DNA of 64,000 bases from contig JBEGVH010000016.1 of NCBI GenBank assembly GCA_041178425.1, forward strand, positions 128,001 to 192,000, in the 5' to 3' direction. Below are positions 47,155 through 58,107 of this stretch, piece by piece; position 1 is the first letter of the stretch; every line of letters begins with the position of its first letter. The DNA comes from Pseudomonadota bacterium. Lineage in GTDB: Bacteria; Bdellovibrionota; Bdellovibrionia; Bdellovibrionales; Bdellovibrionaceae. Both the position numbers and the translations under genes were made by a program. A model generated the notes under the pieces. That model was not told where the DNA came from and did no database searches. It was given only the letters and a program-made list of their open reading frames with translations.

Positions 47155-47588
47155 GATTGCGTATTTTTATTCTTATTGGTCTTTTAAGTTATGGACCCGG
47201 AGCGTGGACAGCCCATTGCCTCTTCGCCTTCAGTATGAAAGGCCACAAGGCTGGCAGCCTGTCACTCAACGATGAAATCAGACTGTGCCACGCCAACAAG
47301 AAAGACGTCTTACTCGAAATTGATTACGCCACTCAACTAACCCGATCGCTGGTTTTGTCCGAAACCACTTACTATCAATTTGTGACAGGCTTTAAAAACA
47401 CTTTCTCAAGCCTCTCCTCTGCACCATCTAAAAATAAAACCTGTCGCCATCGACTTCATGTTAAAATTGATTGGGAAGGAATCCAGAAAGAACTTTACAG
47501 CTGTGAAGGCGATTCAAACTTCACTATTCTTACAAAAATGAATGAACTCGTGAGAGATCTCTATTATCTCCCCGATCAGATGAGATAA
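47151..47588 (+). CDS. Hypothetical secreted protein
   Basis: ATGA overlap with the upstream gene; signal peptide; four Cys. Confidence 0.75.
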   Translation: MRLRIFILIGLLSYGPGAWTAHCLFAFSMKGHKAGSLSLNDEIRLCHANKKDVLLEIDYATQLTRSLVLSETTYYQFVTGFKNTFSSLSSAPSKNKTCRHRLHVKIDWEGIQKELYSCEGDSNFTILTKMNELVRDLYYLPDQMR

Positions 47589-47600
47589 AATCGACTTAAT

Positions 47601-48851
47601 TTAATTTTGTTTTGCTCGCAATCCTCGAACAAAAACTTCCATCGTTGGATTTTTTCCCGCTTGATAAAATAGACCCTGCCAATCAGTTTCAATAATTTGC
47701 AGATCTGCAGAAAAACCCTTTCTTAAACAACCAACATCATCCAACCCAAGGGCATGAGCCCCACCAACGGTCCATGCTGCAATGATTTCTGGGAGACTCA
47801 TTTGCATGTGAAGACGTGCAAGTAATCCCACGAGCTGTATGTCCTGACTTGGACAACTTCCTGGATTAAAATCGGTTGCGAGGGCAACTCTAGCCCCCGC
47901 ATCAATGAGCTTGCGCGCGGGCGGATAGTCACACTTCATATATAAATCGGCCATAGGCAGTAGGACGGCAGTAGTTTCGGACTTCGCAAAAAGCTGAATT
48001 TCCTCTGGGCCAATTTGAATAACATGATCTGCGCTATGTGCATGAAGATCAACAGCAGTGCGTGATCCACCAGAAAGGGAGAGCTGATCAGCATGAACCG
48101 TTAAGGAAAATCCGAGATCTCTGGCTTTCTCTAAGTAAGTTTTCGCCGATGAACCTTCAAAAAAGTTCTTCTCGATAAAAATATCAACGCGATCGGCGAG
48201 CTTTTTCTTTTTTATTTTTGCAAGGACATTCTGGGTAAGAAATTCAAGATATTCTAAGGCAGTACTAAACTCGGGAGGTTTAGCATGCGCCCCCAAAAAA
48301 GTAGTAATAATTCGAGGTCCGCGAAGACTGCGAGCCACCTCGAGCTGCTTTACTTCACCCTTTAAATCGAGAGCATATCCCGATTTCACTTCGACAGTGG
48401 TAACGCCTTGACGCAAAAATTCATTGATTCGCTTTTGCGAAACCTCAAAAAGATTTTTTTTACTTTCGGTTCTAGTGGCTCGCATGGTGGATAAGATGCC
48501 ACCACCTTTTTGAGCGATCTCTTGATAGGTTGCACCCTGGCAACGCATTTCAAACTCTTGCCATCGGTTTCCGGCAAATACGGAATGGGTATGGCAATCA
48601 ATCCAACCTGGAAGAACTGTTCTCCCCTGAGCATCGTACTCTTTAGTAATTTTCTTAATCGAAGCAGGCAGGCTTTTCAGCGCCGACCGAAGGAATTTTT
48701 CAGGACCAACCCAAAGAATTTTTCCTTGGTGAATAAGAATGGCCGCCTTGGGTATAATCCCCAAGTCGGCCTCACTTATGCGGCGACCAGCTTTTTGCCA
48801 AGCGCCTTCGAGCGTCAGTAATTTTCCGATTCCCCGAATAAGAGTCGCCAA
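47601..48851 (-). CDS. hutI: Imidazolonepropionase
   Basis: IDCHTH.VFAG.R..EF, GGGI.ST, E.KSGY.L, HADQL and ATDFNPGS motifs. Confidence 0.97.
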   Translation of the reverse strand: MATLIRGIGKLLTLEGAWQKAGRRISEADLGIIPKAAILIHQGKILWVGPEKFLRSALKSLPASIKKITKEYDAQGRTVLPGWIDCHTHSVFAGNRWQEFEMRCQGATYQEIAQKGGGILSTMRATRTESKKNLFEVSQKRINEFLRQGVTTVEVKSGYALDLKGEVKQLEVARSLRGPRIITTFLGAHAKPPEFSTALEYLEFLTQNVLAKIKKKKLADRVDIFIEKNFFEGSSAKTYLEKARDLGFSLTVHADQLSLSGGSRTAVDLHAHSADHVIQIGPEEIQLFAKSETTAVLLPMADLYMKCDYPPARKLIDAGARVALATDFNPGSCPSQDIQLVGLLARLHMQMSLPEIIAAWTVGGAHALGLDDVGCLRKGFSADLQIIETDWQGLFYQAGKNPTMEVFVRGLRAKQN

Positions 48852-48872
48852 ACCGTGCCTCGCTGTTAAAGT

Positions 48873-49622
48873 TTATGCTTTTGCTTTACCCTGATTGGCA
48901 ACCGCCTCCATGGCCTTCGCCACTTCTTCAGGATCACCGACGAAACGCTTTTCAATGACCTTGAGATCTTTATCGAGGGAATAAACAAGCGGAATCCCCG
49001 TTGGTAAATTAAGCTCCATAATTTGGGCCGGCGTCATATTTTCTAAGTGCTGAACTAAAGCCCTAAGACTGTTGCCGTGGGCCACTAAAACAACTTTTTT
49101 ACCCTCACGAATTTGCGGCACAATCGTCTCTTTCCAGAAGGGTAAAAAGCGGGCAACGGTATCTTTGAGAGACTCACAGGCCGGAAGTTCATTGCGCGGA
49201 ACATCATTGTAACGGAGATCATGGCTGGGGTGCCTAGGATCTGAGCTCTCCATCGCAGGAGGAGGAGTGTCGTAACTTCGTCTCCAGATCTTAACCTGTT
49301 CATCTCCATGCTTTGCCGCTGTTTCAGCCTTGTTAAGACCTTGCAGAGCCCCATAATGCCGTTCATTGAGTCTCCAGGTTTTGTTAACTGGAATCCAAAG
49401 AAGATCCATCTCTTCAAGAACTAGCCAACAGGTACGGAGAGCACGCTTTAAAACCGAGGTATAGGCCACATCAAAATGAAAGCCTTCCTTTTTTAGGGCC
49501 ACTCCGGCCTTTTTTGCCTCGGCGATTCCCGTTTCAGCCAGATCAATATCCTGCCACCCGGTGAAACGATTTTCTTTGTTCCATAGACTTTCGCCGTGCC
49601 TAATTAATACGACCTGGTACAT
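48873..49622 (-). CDS. gpmA: 2,3-BPG-dependent phosphoglycerate mutase
   Basis: RHGES.WN.ENRFTGW, LNERHYG.LQG and AHGNSLR motifs. Confidence 0.98.
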   Translation of the reverse strand: MYQVVLIRHGESLWNKENRFTGWQDIDLAETGIAEAKKAGVALKKEGFHFDVAYTSVLKRALRTCWLVLEEMDLLWIPVNKTWRLNERHYGALQGLNKAETAAKHGDEQVKIWRRSYDTPPPAMESSDPRHPSHDLRYNDVPRNELPACESLKDTVARFLPFWKETIVPQIREGKKVVLVAHGNSLRALVQHLENMTPAQIMELNLPTGIPLVYSLDKDLKVIEKRFVGDPEEVAKAMEAVANQGKAKA

Positions 49623-49709
49623 GTACCTACTCCTTCTGCAAATGATTGCTGACTCTTGAAAAAATCGGTAGCATAAGCATTGTCTGAAATCATCAAAAAA
49701 GGATCAATT

Positions 49710-52445
49710 GTGGACAATCAGCAATTCACGAATCGTAACAATTTGGAATTTATTGAACAACTCTACACACAATACAAATCCGACCCTCAAAGCATTTCTA
49801 ACGATTGGAAAATGTTTTTTGATGGAGTGGAGTTCGCACAAGGAACGAGCCTGGGCCTTTCCAGCAAAGAACTCGATGTTTATCACCTCATCAACGCTTA
49901 TAGAAACTACGGCCACTTCGAAGCTCAAGTAGATCCACTCAGCAATTCTCAGACCCCCTCTGATGAGCTATCTTTGGCCCGCTTTAATTTAAAAGAATCT
50001 GATCTCAATCAATCGTTTCAGATCGGAAGCATCGTTGGTAAGCCCAACGCAAAACTAAAAGACATCATTGCACATTTGCGCCAGTGCTATTGTGGTAAAT
50101 TAACGGTACAGGCCGCAGAGGCCCTTCCAAATATTCGCAATTTTTTCATCAAAGAATTTGAGCAACCCTCAACCTTTAAACTATCAAACGATGAAAAATT
50201 AGCGATCCACGCAACATTAAACAAAACGGAAGGTCTTGAAAAATTCATCCATACTCGTTTTGTTGGCACCAAGCGTTTCTCTGTCGAAGGTGGCGATGCT
50301 CTTCTTCCAATGCTCGAAGCCCTCACCTCTCGTGCCGTTAAAGCAGGCGTTGAAGAAATTGTTTTCGGAATGGCCCATCGTGGTCGCCTCAATGTTCTTG
50401 TAAATTACATGGAAAAAAATGTAGGCCAGCTTCTTGCCGAATTTTCTGGTCCTGTAGAGCTCACTGAAAAAATTGAAAACTACGATAGCGACGTGAAGTA
50501 CCACATGGGCGCCCACGTCACTAAGAAAACCGCTTATGGCCCTTGCGAAGTCACAATGGCCTATAACCCATCTCACTTAGAGGCCGTTAATCCAGTGGTG
50601 ATCGGAATGGCGCGTGCCGCTCAGCGTATTCGTAAAGATACTGAAAAACGCAAAAAGGTAATCCCGATGCTGATTCACGGTGATGCCGCTTTTGCCGGTC
50701 AGGGAATTGTTGCCGAAACCCTACAAATGTCTCAAGTACGAGGATACCGCGTCGGCGGAACCATCCACCTTGTAATCGACAACCAAGTTGGCTTCACCAC
50801 TAACCCAGAAAATAGCCGTAGTTCTCATTACGCTTCTGACATTGCAAAAATCTTGGCGATTCCCGTTCTTCACGTAAACGGCGATGATGTGGAGTCATGT
50901 ATTCGCGCCATCGACATCGCGCTTCGCTATCGCCAACAGTTTGGCCAAGACATGGTAATCAACATGACCTGCTATCGTCGCTTTGGTCACAATGAGGGCG
51001 ATGAACCAGCTTATACTCAGCCCCAGATGTACGAAATCATCAAAAAGCACCCGACTCTGCGAGAAATTTATAGCAAACAATTGCAACGCGATAATGTGAT
51101 CAATGCACAGCAGGCAGAGCAGGGTCTGAATGACGAAATTAATCGCTTGCAAGGCATCTTTGACGAAATCAAAGCTAAACCACCAAAAATTCCAGCAAAG
51201 AAATTTGAAGGACCATGGGCAGGGCTTCGTCGTGCCACCACTGAAGATTTTGAAAAAACCACCGACACAAAGGTGGACGCAAAAGTTCTTCAATCCATCG
51301 GTGAAACATTGGCGAGCTATCCCAAAAACTTCAATCCGCATCCAAAACTTCTCAAGCTTCTCGAAAGCCGCCGAAACATGGCCCTCGGAAAAGAACAGGT
51401 CGACTGGGGAATGGCAGAATTATTGGCCTACGGAAGCCTTCTCAACCAAGGCACTTCCATTCGTCTTACTGGACAAGACGTTTGCCGAGGAACATTCACG
51501 CATCGCCATGCCGTCCTTTGCGATCACAAAACGGGTGAGTATTTTTCTGCGTTAACTACGATCAATACCGAAAAAGTAAAATTTTGTGTCTACGACAGCG
51601 TTCTTTCAGAGTATGGCGTTCTTGGGTTTGAATATGGGAATTCTGTTTACGACCCTCGCTTTCTCACTCTCTGGGAAGCTCAATTTGGCGATTTCACTAA
51701 CGGCGCCCAAATCATCATCGATCAATTTATTGCCTCTGCTGAAACTAAATGGCAGCAAATGAGTGGCCTCGTAATGCTCTTGCCACATGGCTTCGAAGGC
51801 CAGGGTCCCGAGCATTCTAGCGCCCGTTTAGAGCGATTCCTTCAACTCTGTGCTCAAAACAATATGCAAGTGATGAATTTGACAACACCGGCGCAGATTT
51901 ACCATTCACTTCGCCGACAAATGTGTCGACCATTCCGAAAACCAATGGTCGTCATGTCACCCAAATTATTATTGAGACATCCTAAAGCCGTATCTTCTAT
52001 GGATGAACTTGCAAATGGTTCCTTCCAAGAGGTTATCGACGATGCGTCGGCTCAAGCGGCAAAAGTCGAACAAATTATTCTTTGCTCGGGTAAGGTGTAC
52101 TACGAGCTTCTTGAAGAACAAGCTAAACAAGCCGACCCTTCAAAGTTCGCTATCATTCGCATCGAACAACTTTACCCGTTCCCAGAAAAAGCGTTGGCGA
52201 AGATTCTCTCTAAATTCAAAAAGGTGCACTCCTATGTTTGGGCCCAAGAAGAGCCAAAAAATAATGGAGCATGGAGTTTTGTCTTCTTCAAACTGCATGA
52301 GTTGCTAAAGGGAACAAAAGGGGCTGCTCTCTACTACGCTGGCCGAGACGAAAGAAGCTCACCGGCCGTTGGAGCTACTTATAAACACAAGGTTGAACAA
52401 CAAGCCTTGTTAACGGATGCCTTTACTTTGAAGCAATCAAAGTAA
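49710..52445 (+). CDS. sucA: 2-oxoglutarate dehydrogenase E1
   Basis: GMAHRGRLN, DVKYH, NPSHLE, HGDAAF.GQG, WEAQFGDF and GPEHSSARLER motifs. Likely start GTG 49710 (alternative TTG 49680). Confidence 0.98.
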   Translation: MDNQQFTNRNNLEFIEQLYTQYKSDPQSISNDWKMFFDGVEFAQGTSLGLSSKELDVYHLINAYRNYGHFEAQVDPLSNSQTPSDELSLARFNLKESDLNQSFQIGSIVGKPNAKLKDIIAHLRQCYCGKLTVQAAEALPNIRNFFIKEFEQPSTFKLSNDEKLAIHATLNKTEGLEKFIHTRFVGTKRFSVEGGDALLPMLEALTSRAVKAGVEEIVFGMAHRGRLNVLVNYMEKNVGQLLAEFSGPVELTEKIENYDSDVKYHMGAHVTKKTAYGPCEVTMAYNPSHLEAVNPVVIGMARAAQRIRKDTEKRKKVIPMLIHGDAAFAGQGIVAETLQMSQVRGYRVGGTIHLVIDNQVGFTTNPENSRSSHYASDIAKILAIPVLHVNGDDVESCIRAIDIALRYRQQFGQDMVINMTCYRRFGHNEGDEPAYTQPQMYEIIKKHPTLREIYSKQLQRDNVINAQQAEQGLNDEINRLQGIFDEIKAKPPKIPAKKFEGPWAGLRRATTEDFEKTTDTKVDAKVLQSIGETLASYPKNFNPHPKLLKLLESRRNMALGKEQVDWGMAELLAYGSLLNQGTSIRLTGQDVCRGTFTHRHAVLCDHKTGEYFSALTTINTEKVKFCVYDSVLSEYGVLGFEYGNSVYDPRFLTLWEAQFGDFTNGAQIIIDQFIASAETKWQQMSGLVMLLPHGFEGQGPEHSSARLERFLQLCAQNNMQVMNLTTPAQIYHSLRRQMCRPFRKPMVVMSPKLLLRHPKAVSSMDELANGSFQEVIDDASAQAAKVEQIILCSGKVYYELLEEQAKQADPSKFAIIRIEQLYPFPEKALAKILSKFKKVHSYVWAQEEPKNNGAWSFVFFKLHELLKGTKGAALYYAGRDERSSPAVGATYKHKVEQQALLTDAFTLKQSK

Positions 52446-52501
52446 GGTTTGCGAGTCATTAAAGAAAAACTTTTAGAATTGAATAAATAAAGAGGTGTTT
52501 T

Positions 52502-53758
52502 GTGAAATTAGAAGTAAAAATTCCTTCCGTAGGTGAATCAGTTACTGAAGCAACGGTATCTAGTTGGAACAAAAAGAGTGGTGAGTTTGTTCGTGCTAAC
52601 GAATTACTCCTCCTTATTGAGACCGACAAAGCCAGTGTTGAAGTTGTAGCAGAAAAAGAAGGTGTTTTAACTATCACTACTGAAGCTGGCTCAACGGTTC
52701 CAATCGGAACAGTGGTTGGTTCTATTGATACCTCTGCCTCCGCCCCAGCGGCAGCCCCTTCCGCCTCAAAAGCTGCGCCAACCATAGCAACTCCTACTGC
52801 CGCCCCAGCAAGCGTTTCTGCTGCGGGTTTTGAAACATCGACTCATTTGAGTCCCGCAGTTCAAAAAATCGTAACAGAAAAAGGCTTAGATCCTTCTGAA
52901 ATTAAAGGAACAGGCAAAGATGGTCGTCTTACAAAGGAAGATGTTTTAACAGCTAAGCCAATGTCAGCGAGCACTGCGACAACCGCAGCTCCTATGACCA
53001 CTCCTCCCAAATCGGCACCAGTCACAATACCTGCACCCGCCCGCGTTGGTAGCCGCCAGGGAGAAATTGAGCGCGTGCCCATGAATAACATCCGTCGCCG
53101 TATCGCCGAAAGATTGGTCGAAGCTCAGCACACGGCTGCCATTCTAACAACTTTCAATGAAATCGACATGACTCGCGTTAATGAGGTGCGAGCAAAATAC
53201 AAAGACATCTTCAAAGAAAAATATGGCACAAGTCTCGGTTTCATGGGTTTCTTCACAAAGGCTGTCATTGAAGCACTCAAGGCCTATCCCGCAGTCAACG
53301 CCTCTATCGAAGGCACCGATATCATCTATAAAAAGTTTTTCAATATTGGTTGCGCTGTTGGAACTGAAAAAGGTCTCATCGTACCAGTGATCAAAGATGC
53401 AGACCTTCTCTCTATTGCAGGTATCGAACAGGCTATCAAACATTTTGCTTTAAAAGCCAGAGACGGAAAAATCACTGTTGATGATCTCTCAGGTGGTACA
53501 TTTACTCTTTCTAATGGTGGAGTGTACGGCTCGCTTATGTCGACGCCAATCTTGAATTATCCTCAGGTAGGGATTCTCGGTATGCATAAGGTTGAGGATC
53601 GACCAATGGCTATCAATGGTAAGGTTGAGATTCGACCGATGATGTACGTGGCTCTTTCTTATGATCACCGAATTATCGATGGAAAAGAAGCCGTAGGCTT
53701 CCTTGTTAAAGTTAAAGAATGCGTTGAAAATCCAGAGCGCTTATTGTTGGAAATTTAG
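52502..53758 (+). CDS. sucB: Dihydrolipoyl succinyltransferase E2
   Basis: Lipoyl [15 protein letters not shown], and catalytic YDHRIIDG. Confidence 0.98.
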   Translation: MKLEVKIPSVGESVTEATVSSWNKKSGEFVRANELLLLIETDKASVEVVAEKEGVLTITTEAGSTVPIGTVVGSIDTSASAPAAAPSASKAAPTIATPTAAPASVSAAGFETSTHLSPAVQKIVTEKGLDPSEIKGTGKDGRLTKEDVLTAKPMSASTATTAAPMTTPPKSAPVTIPAPARVGSRQGEIERVPMNNIRRRIAERLVEAQHTAAILTTFNEIDMTRVNEVRAKYKDIFKEKYGTSLGFMGFFTKAVIEALKAYPAVNASIEGTDIIYKKFFNIGCAVGTEKGLIVPVIKDADLLSIAGIEQAIKHFALKARDGKITVDDLSGGTFTLSNGGVYGSLMSTPILNYPQVGILGMHKVEDRPMAINGKVEIRPMMYVALSYDHRIIDGKEAVGFLVKVKECVENPERLLLEI

Positions 53759-53770
53759 TACGAGGTAATT

Positions 53771-55180
53771 ATGTCGGAAATGCAATTTGATGTTGTTTTT
53801 ATTGGCGCTGGTCCTGGTGGATACGTTGGAGCTATTCGAGCCGCTCAACTTGGTTTGAAAACGGCTATCATCGAAAAAGAAAAGACCTTCGGAGGCACGT
53901 GCCTCAATGTAGGCTGTATCCCATCAAAGGCCCTACTCGAGTCGTCAGAACACTTCGCCGCTGCCAAGCATGATTTCAGCAAACACGGAATCGAGCTCGA
54001 AGGTGTTAAGTTAAATCTACCTATGATGTTAGATCGTAAAGACAAAGTCGTAAAAGATCTAACTCAAGGAATTGCTTATTTGATGAAGAAAAACAAAATT
54101 ACCACCTTCAACGGTGTGGGTAAGATTGTTGGTGCCAATCAAATTGAAGTGACTATGAGCAATGGTCTCAAACCTGTTGTGACAGCAAAAAATATTGTGA
54201 TTGCAACCGGAAGTGCGCCCATCGAATTGCCCTTTTTAAAATTTGATGAAAAGCGCGTGGTGTCTTCAACAGGTGCTCTCTCTTTGACTGCAGTTCCAAA
54301 ACGTATGGCGATTATTGGAGCTGGTGTCATCGGCCTTGAAATGGGAAGCGTGTGGAGCCGCCTCGGAGCAGAAGTCACTTTTATCGAATTTGCAGATAAA
54401 ATTGGTGGCGCTATGGATGCGTCGACGATGATGGCTTTCCAGAAAATTCTCCAAAAGCAAGGCTTCAAGTTCTTACTCAAAACGAAGGTCGTTGGAGCCG
54501 AAGTCACCGATAAAGAGGTTTGCTTAAAATACGAATCGATGACGGACTCATCAACTAGCCTCAACGCTGACGTGGTGTTAGTGGCTGTAGGTCGCCGCCC
54601 ATACTCTTCGGGCCTCGGACTCCAAGAGCTCGGTATCGAGCTCGATAAGGCTGGACGAGTGGTTGTGAATGACCATTTTCAAACACCTCAATTTAAAAAT
54701 ATCTATGCCATCGGTGATGTCATTCAAGGGCCTATGCTTGCCCATAAAGCTGAAGAAGAGGGTGTCGCTGTTGCGGAAATCATCGCTGGTCAAGCTGGAC
54801 ACGTGAATTACAACACGGTTCCTGGGGTAATCTATACTTGGCCCGAAGTGGCCAGCGTCGGAATGACCGAAGAACACCTTAAAGAAAGCAACATTCCTTA
54901 TAAAGCAGGAACCTTTCCTTTCATGGCCAATGGCCGTGCAAAAGCTCTTGGATTTACAGAAGGACAAGCAAAAGTTTTAGCTCATCAAGAAACAGATAAG
55001 ATTTTAGGTGTCCACATCGTAGGCCCTCGTGCATCGGAACTCATCGGCGAGGCTGTTGTTGCGATGGAATTCGGAGGTAGTGCCGAGGATCTTGCTCGTA
55101 GCTTTCATGCCCACCCCACCCTCTCTGAAGTTGTGAGAGAGGCTGCGCTCAATGTTGATAAGCGCGCACGCCAAATGTAA
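53771..55180 (+). CDS. lpdA: Dihydrolipoamide dehydrogenase E3
   Basis: GGTCLNVGCIPSK, GAGVIGLE and HAHPTLSE motifs. Confidence 0.98.
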   Translation: MSEMQFDVVFIGAGPGGYVGAIRAAQLGLKTAIIEKEKTFGGTCLNVGCIPSKALLESSEHFAAAKHDFSKHGIELEGVKLNLPMMLDRKDKVVKDLTQGIAYLMKKNKITTFNGVGKIVGANQIEVTMSNGLKPVVTAKNIVIATGSAPIELPFLKFDEKRVVSSTGALSLTAVPKRMAIIGAGVIGLEMGSVWSRLGAEVTFIEFADKIGGAMDASTMMAFQKILQKQGFKFLLKTKVVGAEVTDKEVCLKYESMTDSSTSLNADVVLVAVGRRPYSSGLGLQELGIELDKAGRVVVNDHFQTPQFKNIYAIGDVIQGPMLAHKAEEEGVAVAEIIAGQAGHVNYNTVPGVIYTWPEVASVGMTEEHLKESNIPYKAGTFPFMANGRAKALGFTEGQAKVLAHQETDKILGVHIVGPRASELIGEAVVAMEFGGSAEDLARSFHAHPTLSEVVREAALNVDKRARQM

Positions 55181-55203
55181 TTCTCTCCAGATGTGAAGAC
55201 CAC

Positions 55204-55233
55204 AAAAGCCCCTAAAACTAGGGGCTTTTTTTT
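55204..55233 (+). terminator. Rho-independent terminator of sucAB-lpdA
   Basis: AAAAGCCCCTA-AAAC-TAGGGGCTTTT followed by more T. Confidence 0.92.
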
Positions 55234-55242
55234 ATTTAATAT

Positions 55243-55289
55243 TTAAACAATCTTAACAGTTCCTTAAATATCCCTTAACAATCTTTCAC
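55243..55289 (+). promoter_or_regulatory. Helically phased TTAA(C/A) direct repeats, candidate OmpR/PhoB-family binding array
   Basis: TTAA at 55243, 55253, 55264 and 55275, plus TTCAC at 55285; spacing 10-11 nt. Confidence 0.5.
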
Positions 55290-55416
55290 TACATTAAACC
55301 TAAACACTGTAGCCTTATTTTTAATACAGTAATTACAAATCGAATCGTGGATAGCTCATGACACAATCTCAGGGACATAAGAGATTGCCACGATGCAACG
55401 TTTTGGGAGGGACACC

Positions 55417-55950
55417 ATGGAGTTTGTTTTATCTTTTATAATCTATTTTACTTTAGCACCAATTGTTCTTGGTTGGCTGCTAATTACAATAAGTCCTCTA
55501 ATTATTTTTTTATTGGCGACTGTATATTTGATTCAAATTGCCAGTGAAACGGAAGAAGTCACTGACGACTCTTGTATCTTAGTGGTAGATGACGAGTTTC
55601 AATCTGTTCTTCCACTTATCAACTTACTAGAGAAAGCGAAAATTCCATTTAGATATGCAAAAAGTGGGGTTGAAGCAATTAATGAGCTTAGCCATAGGCA
55701 TTTTCGACTTATTTTTATGGATTTTTATATGCCAAACCTCACAGGAGTCGAAACCCTCAATCGAGCTGACAAAGTCATCGACGAGCAAGCGCCCCCTACA
55801 CCGGTCATCTTTTATAGCGGCAAGGGAGATTTTGCCTATTCTTCATTAGCTTTCCGCCATCTTTCGGTTGTTGATCGCTGGAGCAAATCTATGAACCTGC
55901 AGAATTTAGGCCTTCAACTCCACCGCTATTTAGACTTGAATCCGAGCTGA
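55417..55950 (+). CDS. Membrane-anchored single-domain response regulator
   Basis: Long N-terminal hydrophobic segment, then ILVVDDE, FMDFYMP and FYSG..K. SD GGGAGG before ATG 55417. Confidence 0.88.
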   Translation: MEFVLSFIIYFTLAPIVLGWLLITISPLIIFLLATVYLIQIASETEEVTDDSCILVVDDEFQSVLPLINLLEKAKIPFRYAKSGVEAINELSHRHFRLIFMDFYMPNLTGVETLNRADKVIDEQAPPTPVIFYSGKGDFAYSSLAFRHLSVVDRWSKSMNLQNLGLQLHRYLDLNPS

Positions 55951-55967
55951 TACCTTACCCACCTCAC

Positions 55968-55999
55968 CGCAGAGGTCTCCGGCTCGGGAGGCCTCTGCG
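55968..55999. terminator. GC-rich hairpin between convergent genes
   Basis: CGCAGAGGTCTCC...GGAGGCCTCTGCG stem with no adjacent U tract. Confidence 0.55.
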
Positions 56000-56020
56000 T
56001 CCCTCCAGTTTTAGCGTCGT

Positions 56021-57271
56021 CTACCCTCCTAAAACCTCCACTAAACGCTTTTTATTAAGATCCGATTCCCACGCTGAAACGGCAATTGTCGCAACTCCAT
56101 TTCCAATCATATTTGTAATCGCTCGAGCTTCAGACATGAATCGATCAATTCCAATGAGCAGGGCAAGCCCCTGGATGGGAATGGTTGGCACCACAGAGAG
56201 AGTTGCCGCAAGAGTGATGAATCCAGCTCCGGTTACTCCCGAAGCTCCTTTTGAAGTGATCATTGCCACTCCCAAAAGTGTCAGCTGCTGCACCCATGTT
56301 AACTCTTGATTCAATGCTTGGGCGACAAATAGGGCCGCCATACTTAAATAGATATTAGTTCCATCCAAATTGAAGGAATATCCCGCCGGCATTACGAGCC
56401 CCACGACTGAACGAGAACAGCCTAAATTTTCAAGTTTATGCATCAGTGGAACTAATGCACTTTCGGAGGATGACGTTCCAAGAACAGTCAAAAGCTCTTC
56501 TTTAATATAGGCTAAGAAACGAAAAATACTAAACCCTACCCAGCGGGCAATAAAGCCTAAGATGAGTACAACAAAAATCAAGCACGTCAGATAGAAGGTT
56601 CCCATGAGTGAGAATAGAGGCCGAAGGGATTGCAATCCGTATTTACCAATGGTGAAAGCCATAGCACCACCAGCTCCTATTGGTGCAAGCCTCATCACCG
56701 CATTCATCATAGCAAAAAAGATATGCGACACTGAATCTATAAAATGGTGAACGGGCTTACCTTTCTCACCCATGTGATTCATGGCATAGCCAAAAAGCAA
56801 CGCAACCACCATAACCTGAAGTAAGTCACCTTTTCCTGTAAATGCATCTAAAAATGAAGTGGGTATTAAATGCAGAAAAAATTGAACAATCGAAGTCTCT
56901 TTTGCCTTTTGTGCATATTCACCCACAATCGCACCATCAAGACTATTAGGATCGATATTAAATCCTAAACCAGGCTTTATTGTGTTGACCAAAATTAATC
57001 CAATGATCAGAGCCAGCGTAGATACAATTTCAAAATAAAACAGCGCTTTAATGCCCACTCGCCCCACTTTTTTTAAATCCCCCGCATTTGCGACGCCAAG
57101 AACAACTGTGCAAAAAACTATGGGCCCCACCAGCATTTTGATTAATGAAATAAAGCCATCCCCCAGAGGCTTCAACGCCACGCCCAATTCTGGCCAGTAA
57201 TAGCCAGTGAACCCACCTAAAATAATAAAGACGATGACCCAAAGGTACAGTTTCGAGCTTGAAGTTTTCAT
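56021..57271 (-). CDS. dctA: C4-dicarboxylate:H+ symporter
   Basis: [35 protein letters not shown] and DRFMSEARA motifs. Confidence 0.97.
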   Translation of the reverse strand: MKTSSSKLYLWVIVFIILGGFTGYYWPELGVALKPLGDGFISLIKMLVGPIVFCTVVLGVANAGDLKKVGRVGIKALFYFEIVSTLALIIGLILVNTIKPGLGFNIDPNSLDGAIVGEYAQKAKETSIVQFFLHLIPTSFLDAFTGKGDLLQVMVVALLFGYAMNHMGEKGKPVHHFIDSVSHIFFAMMNAVMRLAPIGAGGAMAFTIGKYGLQSLRPLFSLMGTFYLTCLIFVVLILGFIARWVGFSIFRFLAYIKEELLTVLGTSSSESALVPLMHKLENLGCSRSVVGLVMPAGYSFNLDGTNIYLSMAALFVAQALNQELTWVQQLTLLGVAMITSKGASGVTGAGFITLAATLSVVPTIPIQGLALLIGIDRFMSEARAITNMIGNGVATIAVSAWESDLNKKRLVEVLGG

Positions 57272-57380
57272 AAGTCCTCAGCGATGAATGCGTTAGTTCC
57301 ATAAACGTCGCACGGCGCTCGTCATTATGGAAGGTCTTTCCACTTGCCAAACAAATGTAATAACGACTACGCTTTCTGCT

Positions 57381-58097
57381 ATGAATTTAAAAAATAATTT
57401 CCTTATCGTGTTTGTCGTTTTCGTTCTATCAACCACATTGAACCACAGTAGCTTTGCTCAAACTGAGCAAGAAACTCTTGCTCAATCGGCTGGAGAAAAA
57501 GAAGCCAATCAAGTTGTCCTCTCCATGAAAATGGACACCAAGAAACATGTTTTCATTAAAAAATCTCTTGATCATATTTTTAAACTTGTTGTCTATCGAC
57601 TCAACCAAAGAGGCCTCACAAAAGAAGCACTTCAAATTCAAAATGAATGGAATCAAGTGAAGTCTTTTTATTTTCAGGCTGGGTTTGATAGTTTTCAGCT
57701 GGGTGATCATCCGCCTCTCAGCCATTGGCTCACAGAGACCTACAACTATATTGAAAGTCTAATAGGTAATCGACTTTGCGTCATGTATCATATTAACGAT
57801 ATCAAACTGATTAATTACGGCATTCCTGTTTCACTCTCACCAGAGATAAACACCACGACTCAAACCCCCTGGGGCCAAGAGGAATATTTAGCCCACTTTG
57901 TTCCAATGGCAGGCGCGGTCTCTTATTGGTCAGGAGTGATGGTATGCGAAGCTGCACTCCAATCCGTTGCCTCTATGTTTTGCTCGGCCTCTCTTGAGAT
58001 TTCTCGATACGGAATTGAAGAATTTCTAGCCCCTTGGGTTGGCGAGCAGATCTATGAGCATTATAACCCTAAGCCCACAAATCCAACAAGGCCCTAA
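57381..58097 (+). CDS. Hypothetical secreted protein
   Basis: Signal peptide (SFA|Q); amphipathic C-terminal helices with a Cys pair. Confidence 0.8.
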   Translation: MNLKNNFLIVFVVFVLSTTLNHSSFAQTEQETLAQSAGEKEANQVVLSMKMDTKKHVFIKKSLDHIFKLVVYRLNQRGLTKEALQIQNEWNQVKSFYFQAGFDSFQLGDHPPLSHWLTETYNYIESLIGNRLCVMYHINDIKLINYGIPVSLSPEINTTTQTPWGQEEYLAHFVPMAGAVSYWSGVMVCEAALQSVASMFCSASLEISRYGIEEFLAPWVGEQIYEHYNPKPTNPTRP

Positions 58098-58107
58098 AGG
58101 ATACCTC

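Noticed and set aside
47601..48851. hutI without other hut genes
   Set aside because: Dispersed hut genes are common, and the rest may lie outside this window.
52730..53040. Low-complexity Ala/Pro/Thr tracts in sucB
   Set aside because: Normal flexible linkers of E2 subunits.
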